Shown here: positions 1 through 9,914 of the stretch, one piece after another
Position numbering within the stretch: position 1 is the first letter of the stretch
Layout of the letters: every line of letters starts with the position of its first letter
Program-made: the position numbers and the translations under genes
Notes under the pieces: model-generated
The model's database searches: none
What the model was told of the DNA's origin: nothing
The model's input: only the letters and a program-made list of their open reading frames with translations
Origin: a virus
Reading direction: 5' to 3' (one strand)
DNA length: 64,000 nt
IMG/VR virus record: IMGVR_UViG_3300009184_000001
Location: 1 to 64,000 of that record

Positions 1-1047
1 AGAATAACCAATAGAGTCAGCTGACACCTTGCCACCTTTCATCTTCCACAACAATGTTTGTGTTGTAACGATAACCGGAATGTTAAGCTTCTGAGCCACA
101 CGCTTCAACGCACGAGTAATATTAGTCAACGCCTGAGGTGTATTGGCATCGCCTGTCACCTGGTCCATCATCAAATAGACACCATCCACAAAAAGTACGT
201 CCGGCTTGAGTTGTTCTGCCTTAGCGACAAGAGAGTCTACTGTCAGGCCATTCACAGCGTCTACCAAGTGGAAAGGATGCTCAGTCTTCATATCATCATA
301 AAGCTTCAGAAGACGGTCCTCCTCAGTTGAGTTTAGTTTACCACGACGCATACGACCATTAGAAACGTGTGCACGCATTGAGTCATGACGTTGAGACTGC
401 TCATGGTTGTTCATCTCAAAAGACTGGAACATAGGCACCAGACCCGCTGCATGGACGTTTATAGCCATCTGTAGGGCAATCTGTGACTTACCAGTCTTTG
501 GTGGAGCAATAACAGTAATAAGTTGTCCGCCCTGCAAACCTGCAGTAGCCTCGTCAATCTTCATGAAGCCAGTAGGAACACCTAACATCTTGGCGTTCAC
601 TAGTTCCTCATACTCTGCCCAACGACGGTCAGGGTCTTTGCTGAGGTCCACGTGAGTAGTACCAATGACTCCCTGCTCGTTTACTAATGCAATCGCTTTG
701 GACATCTCTGTCAATGCTGACTCATGGTCATTGCTGTTCAGTGCAAGCACGACATCTTCAACACTATTACGAGTCAAAGTACGACGGCGAAACTCAACCA
801 TCTTGTCAATCAAATAGTCGAGGGTGTCCTCTACAACTAGAGTCTTGAAGTTTGGGAAGTTGTCGTTTACAGCTATGGCTGTAGGAACCTCACGATAATT
901 GGTGTAGTGTTCACGAACAAACTTCCACACACGGCGCAAGTCATCATCAACAATCCAATCGTCTTTGATTCCACGCTCCAGTACAGGGATGATATCCCTA
1001 TCAATAATAACTTTGCTAACTAAACGGTACTCGTTATCTGCTGCCAT
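1..1047 (-). CDS. dnaB: Replicative DNA helicase, DnaB family (3' end runs off the window)
   Basis: Translated by hand (not in the ORF track). ATG at 1047 follows GGAGG; the product has GVPTGFMKIDEATAGLQGGQLITVIAPPKTGKS (Walker A) and FQSFEM, typical DnaB motifs. Confidence 0.9.
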   Translation of the reverse strand, partial: MAADNEYRLVSKVIIDRDIIPVLERGIKDDWIVDDDLRRVWKFVREHYTNYREVPTAIAVNDNFPNFKTLVVEDTLDYLIDKMVEFRRRTLTRNSVEDVVLALNSNDHESALTEMSKAIALVNEQGVIGTTHVDLSKDPDRRWAEYEELVNAKMLGVPTGFMKIDEATAGLQGGQLITVIAPPKTGKSQIALQMAINVHAAGLVPMFQSFEMNNHEQSQRHDSMRAHVSNGRMRRGKLNSTEEDRLLKLYDDMKTEHPFHLVDAVNGLTVDSLVAKAEQLKPDVLFVDGVYLMMDQVTGDANTPQALTNITRALKRVAQKLNIPVIVTTQTLLWKMKGGKVSADSIGYS

Positions 1048-1056
1048 TTTATCCTC

Positions 1057-1473
1057 CTATAAGTTTTGTAATTCTATACCCCATGAACCGTATCTTGCAA
1101 CACGTCCTGGTAAATCTATAACGCCTTTTAAGTTACTGCGGTATGGTAACTCAGAAATAAAGTCATCAATATTGGCATATAACTCAGCATAATTAAACGG
1201 GTTTCCTCCCCGCCTGTCAAGTCTATCCATAATTGAATCAAGGTGCTCTTGGGTCCAGTCTTCTGTTTCAAAACCAGCTAGCTCCACTGAAAGCCCAAAT
1301 TTATTAGCCAGTATCCACAGCTGGGATAGTGACAGGTTATTTAGTTTAGAGACCTTGCGGCTAGTCGAAGACTTTAGAAACTTACGTGTTTCCTCTATCT
1401 CCGACTCAGCCACAACATCAATTAGTACTATGATACGTGGCGGAGTTTCATTAGAAATATCTCCGCCCTTCAT
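1057..1473 (-). CDS. Hypothetical protein in the replication module
   Basis: 138-aa ORF translationally coupled to the upstream ORF and 9 bp before dnaB. Confidence 0.75.
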   Translation of the reverse strand: MKGGDISNETPPRIIVLIDVVAESEIEETRKFLKSSTSRKVSKLNNLSLSQLWILANKFGLSVELAGFETEDWTQEHLDSIMDRLDRRGGNPFNYAELYANIDDFISELPYRSNLKGVIDLPGRVARYGSWGIELQNL

Positions 1474-1769
1474 TAGTAGATTACTTCAATCTTTGCATTG
1501 TTAATAATAAACTTGCGAAAAGACTCCGCATCATCCATTGCCTCTAGAACTTCGTTATCAGCAATCTCTTTTGAAATCTGGACTGCGTAATGCCCGCCAT
1601 TCTTTTTCATGTGGTTCTTAACAAACCTAGAGTGCTTACACCCATTGTTTGATGAAAAAGAGTTGCAATTACAACGGACATGGTCTGGTGAATCTTGACT
1701 AATTTCAACTTCATAAATCTTGAAAGTTGTTGGTTCTAGAAATATTTGAACTGTACGCCAGTTATTCAT
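1473..1769 (-). CDS. SWIM-type zinc-finger protein
   Basis: CNC-x8-CKH motif (VRCNCNSFSSNNGCKH); AAGGA RBS. Confidence 0.7.
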   Translation of the reverse strand: MNNWRTVQIFLEPTTFKIYEVEISQDSPDHVRCNCNSFSSNNGCKHSRFVKNHMKKNGGHYAVQISKEIADNEVLEAMDDAESFRKFIINNAKIEVIY

Positions 1770-1780
1770 TGTATCTTCCT

Positions 1781-2509
1781 TTACTTTTTGTTTTTACGTA
1801 GGTCTTGACCGTCAATACGAACACGAGTAAAAGCCTCGTGAGCAAAGCTACCCATTGCTGCCCCGTATTGTGCTGTCCAATCTTCACGTTTTACGTTTGT
1901 CGTGATAATTGTTGGTAGAGCTTTATCATAACGGGAACGAAGAATCTCGTCAAATGAACTGTCGTTATAAGTAGAGCCGTATTCTTTTCCTAAGTCATCT
2001 AGAACTAGGACACGAACGTTTAGCCAGTCTTCTTTAGCACGGCCATGGAAACCCTCCATCTCACGGTACAGCTCCTTACGAAGTTCACCCTCTGCATCCA
2101 TGATTGCTTTCTTACGAGATAGAAACTCTGGAAAAGTCATGTAATAAATTGGGCGAGACTGCATACCGAAAGTCTCTGGGCTCATGGCTAGAGTCTCCCT
2201 GGCTTCATCCTCGTTCTCTGAAAGGTTGCGAACTAGCTCCATCAGAGCAACAACAGCATGTGTTGTCTTTCCTAGTCCTGGGCCACCGTCAAACAGTAGA
2301 CCGACACCTGTCATGCCTAGCCCACCAATTTGCTTGATAACCTTGCCTTCAAGGACTTGCTCTAACCAGATATCCACCTCTTCAGGAAACTCCCCTGTAG
2401 TTGCAATGATATCTGCTGGTTCCATGCCAATAAAACGGCGAGGAATGTTAGCACTGCGAAGTAGCCAGTGACGTTTAATTGGTTCGATTTGTGATATGTC
2501 GTATGTCAT
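1781..2509 (-). CDS. DnaC/IstB-like AAA+ helicase loader
   Basis: GGPGLGKT Walker A, LVLDDLGKE Walker B, PTIITTN, IDGQDLR; close to dnaB. Confidence 0.85.
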   Translation of the reverse strand: MTYDISQIEPIKRHWLLRSANIPRRFIGMEPADIIATTGEFPEEVDIWLEQVLEGKVIKQIGGLGMTGVGLLFDGGPGLGKTTHAVVALMELVRNLSENEDEARETLAMSPETFGMQSRPIYYMTFPEFLSRKKAIMDAEGELRKELYREMEGFHGRAKEDWLNVRVLVLDDLGKEYGSTYNDSSFDEILRSRYDKALPTIITTNVKREDWTAQYGAAMGSFAHEAFTRVRIDGQDLRKNKK

Positions 2510-3036
2510 TATTGCCTTCCTAATTTTGCTTCGTGACGTTCTAATGCTGCCTTACCAATGATAGTGTTGTCAAATACTTTTCCATCATTAGCTATTAAAT
2601 TACTATTATCTTCTTCAATGACTACTTGACTAGTTTGATTTAGCTTATTGACATTATTAGTTATAAAGACTAAGAAGATATTAATAGTTTTACTTGGTTG
2701 TCTTTTAACTGCTATTAAGTTTCTTTCATCACCTATAAACTTGTCAAGTAAATCAAGTTCCATAGTTGCAGTTATTCCAAAATCCTTACGATTCTTAGCT
2801 AGTAAGATAGTAAGAGTTTTAGTGTTTATCATATTTGGTATGCCACGAATCTTATCGTAGATACGCCAACTAAACTCACTTGCAACATCTGCAGGAGTCC
2901 AGTCCTCTTTTTCCCTTTGATGACGGGTTTTAGAACTCTTTTTACTTACTGGTATCTTCTTTTGGCCAGAAGGAATATCACCATCAAGTAATCCAAATCC
3001 TTTTATATCATCATCATCATCATTCCACCTATTCAC
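2509..3036 (-). CDS. Hypothetical protein (possibly replication-initiation related)
   Basis: 175-aa ORF with AGGAG RBS, coupled to the DnaC-like gene; function inferred from position only. Confidence 0.65.
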   Translation of the reverse strand: MNRWNDDDDDIKGFGLLDGDIPSGQKKIPVSKKSSKTRHQREKEDWTPADVASEFSWRIYDKIRGIPNMINTKTLTILLAKNRKDFGITATMELDLLDKFIGDERNLIAVKRQPSKTINIFLVFITNNVNKLNQTSQVVIEEDNSNLIANDGKVFDNTIIGKAALERHEAKLGRQ

Positions 3037-3047
3037 CTATTCTCCTA

Positions 3048-3302
3048 TTAACGACGGGTTATAGGAGTAATAGTAACAGGCCTGTTTAATAAATGCAAGA
3101 CAGACAATGAAAAGAATGCAGAAGCTAACCCAATAACAATAAGTGGAAGCCCTGTAATACCCATAACCCAAGCTGCACCATAGGATAAAGGTAGTGTTAG
3201 AATCCGTTTCAACCAACGGTCAGTGCTCATAAATGAGCCAATAAATTCCAAGACATAGCCAGTAGCCATTCCTGAAATAATTACTAGAATTAAAGTGTTC
3301 AT
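3048..3302 (-). CDS. Small membrane protein
   Basis: 84 aa with three hydrophobic segments. Confidence 0.7.
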   Translation of the reverse strand: MNTLILVIISGMATGYVLEFIGSFMSTDRWLKRILTLPLSYGAAWVMGITGLPLIVIGLASAFFSLSVLHLLNRPVTITPITRR

Positions 3303-3315
3303 ATACTATATAGTA

Positions 3316-5445
3316 CTATGAAATATTAGACAACGCAACATCTGTAAAACTTGTGCTTCCATAGAATGTGACATAGTATGGTGTACTAATAGGAAGGTAG
3401 TCTTCAATTGAGTCCATAAGATGAGCAATACGTAATGACAAGTTTGGGTAGTAAGCAGAAGGAGATGCATTTGTATCCCCAGTCCATGCTCCTCCAGAAA
3501 AGTCTCTTTCTCCATCAAAATAGTCTGTAGCAACTGAGCCAGGTTCAAGTTGAGCTGAGTCTAACACAAAGTCTTCACCCAGGGTAGAGGTGGTAACTTT
3601 TACTGTTAAAGTACTTGGTGCGTTAGTGCAACTAATTGACACTGAAAACCTTTGCCAAGTGTCTGTTAAACTTACTGTTTTACTTGAGATTTTTGTGCCG
3701 TCAGTTAAAACTAAAATAACATCTTGATTTCCAGAAATGCTCTTGGCGTAAATAGAGTACGTGTAAAATTTAGAGGTTAATAATTCACCAGTGTAACTAG
3801 TCTGTATAGTACCTAGATATGTGCCAGAAAAAGTTGCTGGAGTAGATATAGAAACCATATAGTTAGAACCAGGAGCAAGGTCCATGGTAGTATCTACAGT
3901 AATTGGGGTTAAGTTGGTAAATGTCCAGTTATTTGGAACGCTACTAGTACCAAGTTCAAAAGAAGGGTTTAAAATGTAGTTATATTTAGTAGGAGCCAAA
4001 GAGACTGTTACCCCACGAGGTTCAATGTAATTGGTGGGAGAAGTTGATGTTGTATACCCCGGAGCAGAGAGAGGGATTAGTTCAAACTGAACCATATCAA
4101 AATAATAGGTAGAGGTTCCAGTAGAGTCAAAATCAATTCTTATTGCCGCGTAAACTGCGTTATTAGGAGCTTCAGACGAATACCACTGTCTAGACCAACT
4201 AGTGCTAGTAGTTGAAGAGTACCCAAGAGAACTACTTGAAATAAACTTTCCTTGGTAAGTATACCATAGGATATTTAAAGTGATATTTGATGAACCTTGA
4301 ACATAGGTTGACACAGTGTAAGTACTGCCTGCAGTAACTGGAATTCCATTATTTATAGGGTTATTTGTTCCGTAACTAAGTGACTGAGAAGTTCCAGTTG
4401 TGTCTACTTTTAGACAATAAATAGAATCTAATGAGTTTAACTCTGTTGCGGTTGTTTTATCAGACGTTATTGTTAAAGTGACGCCATCTCCCGGTAACCA
4501 ACCGCCAATAGCCGAACTAGCAGTCCAGTCTTTAATATCAAACGTGCTATCTTCATGTGACAACATAAGATTTGCAGTTTCTGTAACTGTTGTGTTGTAC
4601 CCTGTAAGGTCTTTTGTAAATAACTTTAAACTGTTTAGTGTGCCTTTACCGCCATAAATAGTTAAAGCATCTCTTACTAGTCTTTTTTGGGCTTTGGTAG
4701 CTAGTTTGTTGTAAGCTTTAATACCAAGCTCAAAAGATTTAAGCTGAAGAATTTCTGGAGAAGAACCTGAGTTATTATTATCAGGGATAATTAATTTAGC
4801 AAAACTTAAGAACTCGTCAATAGTGAATGAAAATCCTTCAAAGAACTTAGAAATTAGTGAGTTTTGAACTTTACCTGTGTCATCTACGTATGAATACGAT
4901 GAGTTGGTTTCGTCTAATGGGGATACTGATTGACTAGTTAATACTTGTGGTAGATAAGATAAAAAACGTTGATGAGTAGTAGAGAAATCTATTTCGGAAT
5001 CTATAGACTTATCCCCCATGATTCCTTTGCCAACAAACACGCTTTTTACAGCGTTTGTTCCACTAGTAAGAGTGTGCTTAAAAGGGACAAGAGTTAGAGT
5101 TTCACCAACAGGCTCCCAATAGGCATCAGGTGCTCGTCTTAACCACGCTCTATAGTAGGCAAACCTTCCCTCAACCAAAGGAGTGTCTAAAATTCTGTCT
5201 CCGGTAGGAAAGCTATTTACAGCAGTTTCATAAATTATCTTTCCATCTTCAGCAGTTTCTGGGTAACCATCTTGATTTCTAGTAATTCTAAACTGAATAT
5301 AAGAACCAGTTGGTGCAGCATACTCTAAGTAAACTTGGTTGTAGTTTATAGCAGTAGCTACCATAGGACGAGCAGAATAGTCTAGCGGGCTACCGTCTCC
5401 ATAAAGAGTGCCATCATTATACTTAAAACTGTTATACAAAGCCAT
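3316..5445 (-). CDS. Baseplate wedge / tail protein with carbohydrate-binding-like domains
   Basis: 709 aa; LSYLP...YGGKGTLNSL (tail protein I-like) followed by two CBM-like modules (NYILNPSFE; LTDTWQRFSV); last gene of the baseplate block. Confidence 0.65.
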   Translation of the reverse strand: MALYNSFKYNDGTLYGDGSPLDYSARPMVATAINYNQVYLEYAAPTGSYIQFRITRNQDGYPETAEDGKIIYETAVNSFPTGDRILDTPLVEGRFAYYRAWLRRAPDAYWEPVGETLTLVPFKHTLTSGTNAVKSVFVGKGIMGDKSIDSEIDFSTTHQRFLSYLPQVLTSQSVSPLDETNSSYSYVDDTGKVQNSLISKFFEGFSFTIDEFLSFAKLIIPDNNNSGSSPEILQLKSFELGIKAYNKLATKAQKRLVRDALTIYGGKGTLNSLKLFTKDLTGYNTTVTETANLMLSHEDSTFDIKDWTASSAIGGWLPGDGVTLTITSDKTTATELNSLDSIYCLKVDTTGTSQSLSYGTNNPINNGIPVTAGSTYTVSTYVQGSSNITLNILWYTYQGKFISSSSLGYSSTTSTSWSRQWYSSEAPNNAVYAAIRIDFDSTGTSTYYFDMVQFELIPLSAPGYTTSTSPTNYIEPRGVTVSLAPTKYNYILNPSFELGTSSVPNNWTFTNLTPITVDTTMDLAPGSNYMVSISTPATFSGTYLGTIQTSYTGELLTSKFYTYSIYAKSISGNQDVILVLTDGTKISSKTVSLTDTWQRFSVSISCTNAPSTLTVKVTTSTLGEDFVLDSAQLEPGSVATDYFDGERDFSGGAWTGDTNASPSAYYPNLSLRIAHLMDSIEDYLPISTPYYVTFYGSTSFTDVALSNIS

Positions 5446-5472
5446 GCTATCTCCTGTTTTTAATTTCTATTA

Positions 5473-6273
5473 TTATGCTATCTGCTGGACAGTTAGAATA
5501 AGGGCAGCAGTTGTTGGTCTAGCCGGGTTAGTGCCAGCAACGTAAGACTCTAAGCTAACCTTATTCGATTCTGCGCCCCATTGCAGTTCAAGATACTGTC
5601 CTGCTTTAAAACTCAGAAAGTAGTTCCATCCAATAATAGCGTGTCCATGAACCTGCCCGTGTGAAGCCGGAACAGCTGCAAAACCAGTGCTACCAACAAC
5701 ATGGCTACCGTCTATTGCTAACCAAACATAGATATCTTGATTTTGGTTATCAATATTTTGAAATTGTCCTGACCATTGAATATTATATATTCCGGAATTT
5801 TGAAAGTAAATTCTAGTTGTGTTTGTATTTGAGATGTAAATACCAGATGAATAGTCTGTGGTATCCCAAGGAAAAATTTGCTCTACATTTGGGTTAGTTA
5901 TTGCTTGCCTACCCATATATTGAAAAGCCCCATAATTTCCAGTAGAATTGCTAACAACAGGAGCTGTAACAACCTCATTAGTTGTAGTGGTTACTACTTC
6001 AGTACCAGTACTTTGTGCACCAAATGTACCTGCCCAAATAGGATAAGATGGGTCTCCACCTTCAAACATAACCCAAACACCTTGACCAACTTTTGGAATA
6101 TTAGTAGCTATTCCGGGCTTTTCAACAGGCCATGCCCACTCTGTGTGTTGGTCTGCTAGTATCTGTGGAACTTTAAGTTGTAAACGGTATAGGTTTAAAG
6201 GGTCGTCAGAATTGTGGACAACACCTCTGTAAACTCCATAAAACCTAGCATTACCGTAAACATCTTTAATCAT
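5473..6273 (-). CDS. Baseplate spike (gp5/VgrG OB-fold) with extra C-terminal domain
   Basis: FYGVYRGVV..DDPL..RLQLKVP..WAWP..IPKVGQGVWVMFEGGDPSYPIWAG is the gp5/Vgr OB-fold signature. Confidence 0.85.
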   Translation of the reverse strand: MIKDVYGNARFYGVYRGVVHNSDDPLNLYRLQLKVPQILADQHTEWAWPVEKPGIATNIPKVGQGVWVMFEGGDPSYPIWAGTFGAQSTGTEVVTTTTNEVVTAPVVSNSTGNYGAFQYMGRQAITNPNVEQIFPWDTTDYSSGIYISNTNTTRIYFQNSGIYNIQWSGQFQNIDNQNQDIYVWLAIDGSHVVGSTGFAAVPASHGQVHGHAIIGWNYFLSFKAGQYLELQWGAESNKVSLESYVAGTNPARPTTAALILTVQQIA

Positions 6274-9200
6274 TATGCGGCTACAATCACACTTACTGCG
6301 TAACTTGTAACTGTTACTCCATCGCTAGCTGTAACGTTAATTACAATTGGGTTAAATACGTTTAGGCTATTAGAGACGTAACCAAGCGCAGTAAACCCAC
6401 TACCGCTAGAGCCAGAAGTATTGTTTACAGTAATTGAGCTACCTGAGTCAATTGCAGTAGGAGTAACAACTAGAGAAGTAGACGCACTTGGTACAGTTAC
6501 TTGGTAGTTATATACTCCAGAGTTAAATGTTTTAGACCAAGTAACTGGAGTTACAGTAGACCCACCAGTATTCTTAGCAACTATTGTAACACCTGATAAA
6601 GTAGAGACTGTAGACGCTTGAGTTAAAGTTATACCTGATTCTTGGAAAACAAATATTTCATCAGGAGTTCCAATTAAACTGTTTTTACCAGCCCCACCAT
6701 ATCTATATAGACCAGTTACTTTAACATTTCTAACTCCATCAACTTGACGCAGTTTAAACTCAACTTCTTCAGGAGTAATAACATCTGCAAATTGTAGATT
6801 ACTAAATGAAAAGTCATTAGTAATAGCTGTTTTAATGTTTGACTCAACTACCGCCCCTGAATACTGAGGCAATGCAGAATAAGTTACATTCACAAAAATG
6901 TCCGTATAGGTAGGGGCACTGTATGTAACTGTTGTTCCAATTGATTTTTTATCATTTAAAAAATTGGGTACAGTAGTTTTTAGTAAGTAGTCTAATTGAG
7001 TGTTGTTTTCAGAACCTATAATTCCAGGGTTAATGTCAGATAAACCAGACTGAATAGGAGCAATATAAACTGTAACATTGCTTCTATTGCTAGCAGTAGC
7101 GTTTGCTTTAGATACACCAGGCACAGTCAACGCAAGGTTGGCAAAGTCTTCTAGTGTAACCGCTCTATTAAGGCTTCTTAACGCTCTTGGAGTGTTATAC
7201 CGAATACTATCGTTTGTTTCTGGGTCTCCACCACCTTGGGCAGCCTGTGGGTTAGTTACCTTAATTACACTTCTTAGCCTTGCCTCAGTTTCAGTGCTAA
7301 GGCCTGGAATTTTTCCAAGAGAAGTTATAGTTCCTGCACTAACATTTCCAATAACTCCACCACCAGCATTGTAGACTGCTTTAATAGTTGATTCTGAAGT
7401 TGGGATAGAACCAGAAATTCCGTCACCAAAATTGACTACAACTTGGTTTTTAGAATTAATCGTAACATTAAAAACTTTGTCTCCAGCAGAATAGTCTCTA
7501 ATACTTTGAACTTGAGTCCATTGCTCAAAAACAGTTCCATTATCTACATAAACATTTACGCTAGTTGGGTTTACTTTAGTTTCCTTAAGAAGGAAAGACT
7601 GGTCTGCACTTCCATCAGATATACCAATTTTTTCACCAGTAATATCATATGAAACCGCAGAAATGTTCGCAGCGTTTTCTGCTCTAAGAGAAACGTCTTC
7701 ACCTTGAATAGCTAATACAGGAGAACTGGTGCCTTTATAAGGCACTACGGTATCACTTTGAGTGGTAAATACTAAGCTTGATGTAACACCTGCATCCGTA
7801 ACAGACGCTGTTACTTGAGTACCAGCAGGAACAGTGTCACTTCCATTACTAAGAATTTGGCCAATAGTAGCACCGCCACCACCTAAAATTGCAGGAAGTT
7901 CTGAATAATAAACAGTTCCTCCAGAGGTATAAGTTCCACCAATTTGGGCAACTGCAGTACCAGTCTGAGAAGCAACTGTTGAGTTGTATGCATTAGTTAC
8001 TTTAAATTGTTTACATAATACTGCTCCACCATTAGGTAAGCTATCTGCACCTCTAGAAGAGGTTGGAGCAGAAATTCTAAACTTATAGAGAGCAGCAGTT
8101 CCACCATTTACATAAGTGTCTGTAAAGTAAGCGTTTATTGTAAAGCTTTTTGTAGTAGGAGTGTTAATAATCTTAGCTTCAGAAATATTATACACAGAGC
8201 TGCTAACTCCATCTTTTGTACTATTAACTCCAGTAATAGTAACATACTGTCCAGAAGTAAGCCCGTGGTCAGTAGAGGTATTGTATGTTACTGTACCCGT
8301 AGAACCGGTACCAACCACTCCATTAATAGTAACGTTTGTAGTAGTTACGCTAGCAACATCAGCATCAGTGAAATTAAACCCTTGGTTTCGTGCTCCTGTA
8401 GGGTTTCCAACACTTGTGATGTTTACTACGTTAACGATATCTTTTACCGCGTATAACTTACTAGCGGTAAACTCAACGTATTGACTAGAACTGCTTCCAC
8501 CATAAGCTGCGTTACTAATTACGGCAACGTCATCTCTAACAGAAGCAATAGTTGCTCCAGTAAAGTTATACCCAACTCCAGCAGCGGCACCATTAATACC
8601 CGTGATGTTAACAACTTGACCAGCAACAAAATCGCTCCAAGCTGAAAAAGTTACTGTACCAGCATTAGCATTAAGAGCCGTAATTGAAGCGTTATTATCA
8701 GTAGACTCAACAGTAAATGTTGCTGGAACTCCAGCCTTTGCAGTGGTAGTGGAGGCAATCACCCATTTGCCGTTATAGTTATTACTTGAACCAGATACAA
8801 CTACATCTTTAATAGTTACTTTTTGTCCTGATACAGGGTTTAAAGAACCAATAGAAGTTACTGTAAATTTAGTTCCAGAGTTAGTAGCTGCACTAATTGC
8901 AGCTGAAGGTTGGTACCATATAACATTCTTACCAATATCGTTATAACCAACATACTTAACAGTAAATTTGCCATTGTATACGCTTGCGTCATAAGTTACG
9001 CTAGTTCCGGCTATCGTAGCGTTTATTTTAGTTGGAATACCAACAATGTTTATTGTATCACCAATAACAAACGTGTTGTCATTAGGAACAATCACTTTAG
9101 CTAGATTAGTGTATAGTGTTCCACTAATAGTGCCATTCTCAATAATGGCAGCACCAATTCCACCAGAATACCCAGAACTGTTACTAAACTGCAAATCAAC

Positions 9201-9503
9201 AACTGAACTAATGTAGTTTGCTGGATTATACCCGTACATTTTAGCCAAATTTAAAAGGCTTTCGCGTTGGGTAGCAGTCATAATGTACGACTCATTGGCA
9301 ATGCGGTCAATATAGTAGTTAATTAAATCGCCCATATAAGCAAAAGACTCGATAAGTGCTAGACCAAAATCAGAAGGGTCATTTCCCTGCCAGTTATTAT
9401 CAGTGCGTTCTTTTACCCTACTAATTAACTGAGTTCGTAGAGCGTAATAGTCTCTTCCTGTATAGTCTACAGATAAAGGGGTTTTGTTTGCTGGGGCGGT
9501 CAT
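6273..9503 (-). CDS. Baseplate J-like wedge protein with a large repeat insertion
   Basis: VDYTGRDY, DFGLALIE, ANESYIMTATQRES, FGDGISG, GGGDPET, RAVTLEDF; the middle has Thr/Ser/Gly beta repeats; the C-terminus is cadherin-like. Confidence 0.9.
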   Translation of the reverse strand: MTAPANKTPLSVDYTGRDYYALRTQLISRVKERTDNNWQGNDPSDFGLALIESFAYMGDLINYYIDRIANESYIMTATQRESLLNLAKMYGYNPANYISSVVDLQFSNSSGYSGGIGAAIIENGTISGTLYTNLAKVIVPNDNTFVIGDTINIVGIPTKINATIAGTSVTYDASVYNGKFTVKYVGYNDIGKNVIWYQPSAAISAATNSGTKFTVTSIGSLNPVSGQKVTIKDVVVSGSSNNYNGKWVIASTTTAKAGVPATFTVESTDNNASITALNANAGTVTFSAWSDFVAGQVVNITGINGAAAGVGYNFTGATIASVRDDVAVISNAAYGGSSSSQYVEFTASKLYAVKDIVNVVNITSVGNPTGARNQGFNFTDADVASVTTTNVTINGVVGTGSTGTVTYNTSTDHGLTSGQYVTITGVNSTKDGVSSSVYNISEAKIINTPTTKSFTINAYFTDTYVNGGTAALYKFRISAPTSSRGADSLPNGGAVLCKQFKVTNAYNSTVASQTGTAVAQIGGTYTSGGTVYYSELPAILGGGGATIGQILSNGSDTVPAGTQVTASVTDAGVTSSLVFTTQSDTVVPYKGTSSPVLAIQGEDVSLRAENAANISAVSYDITGEKIGISDGSADQSFLLKETKVNPTSVNVYVDNGTVFEQWTQVQSIRDYSAGDKVFNVTINSKNQVVVNFGDGISGSIPTSESTIKAVYNAGGGVIGNVSAGTITSLGKIPGLSTETEARLRSVIKVTNPQAAQGGGDPETNDSIRYNTPRALRSLNRAVTLEDFANLALTVPGVSKANATASNRSNVTVYIAPIQSGLSDINPGIIGSENNTQLDYLLKTTVPNFLNDKKSIGTTVTYSAPTYTDIFVNVTYSALPQYSGAVVESNIKTAITNDFSFSNLQFADVITPEEVEFKLRQVDGVRNVKVTGLYRYGGAGKNSLIGTPDEIFVFQESGITLTQASTVSTLSGVTIVAKNTGGSTVTPVTWSKTFNSGVYNYQVTVPSASTSLVVTPTAIDSGSSITVNNTSGSSGSGFTALGYVSNSLNVFNPIVINVTASDGVTVTSYAVSVIVAA

Positions 9504-9913
9504 AGTATCTCCTCAAAAGGGGCGTTTGTATCTGAAACAGTAACAATGCCTACTTCAGTTGTGGCTTGTTCTTTATTAGGTAGCAAGTAAACAACAGTAA
9601 CAGTTAAGCTGTTTACATTTTCATCAAAAATAGGGTCAATTGAAGTTATTTCCAATAAAGGAAATTGTTCATGAAAAACTCTAGAAACTTCTTTTGTAAC
9701 AACATCAGTAGTAGAACTTATGGTGTCAAATAGAGAAGCGCCAATTTTTGTACCATAATTTGGGCGCATTACTCTTTCACTAATTCTAGTTCCAAGAGCA
9801 ATACGTACTCTATCTGCCCAAATTTCATTTTGAGTAGTAGCTAAAACCAGGTTTCCATTAGATAAAGACAAAGGTAATTTTAATGCCACTTCAGTTGTAC
9901 TTATTTGGGACAT
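9500..9913 (-). CDS. Baseplate wedge subunit, GPW/gp25 family
   Basis: LGTRISERVMRPNYGT motif. Confidence 0.88.
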   Translation of the reverse strand: MSQISTTEVALKLPLSLSNGNLVLATTQNEIWADRVRIALGTRISERVMRPNYGTKIGASLFDTISSTTDVVTKEVSRVFHEQFPLLEITSIDPIFDENVNSLTVTVVYLLPNKEQATTEVGIVTVSDTNAPFEEIL

Positions 9914-9914
9914 A

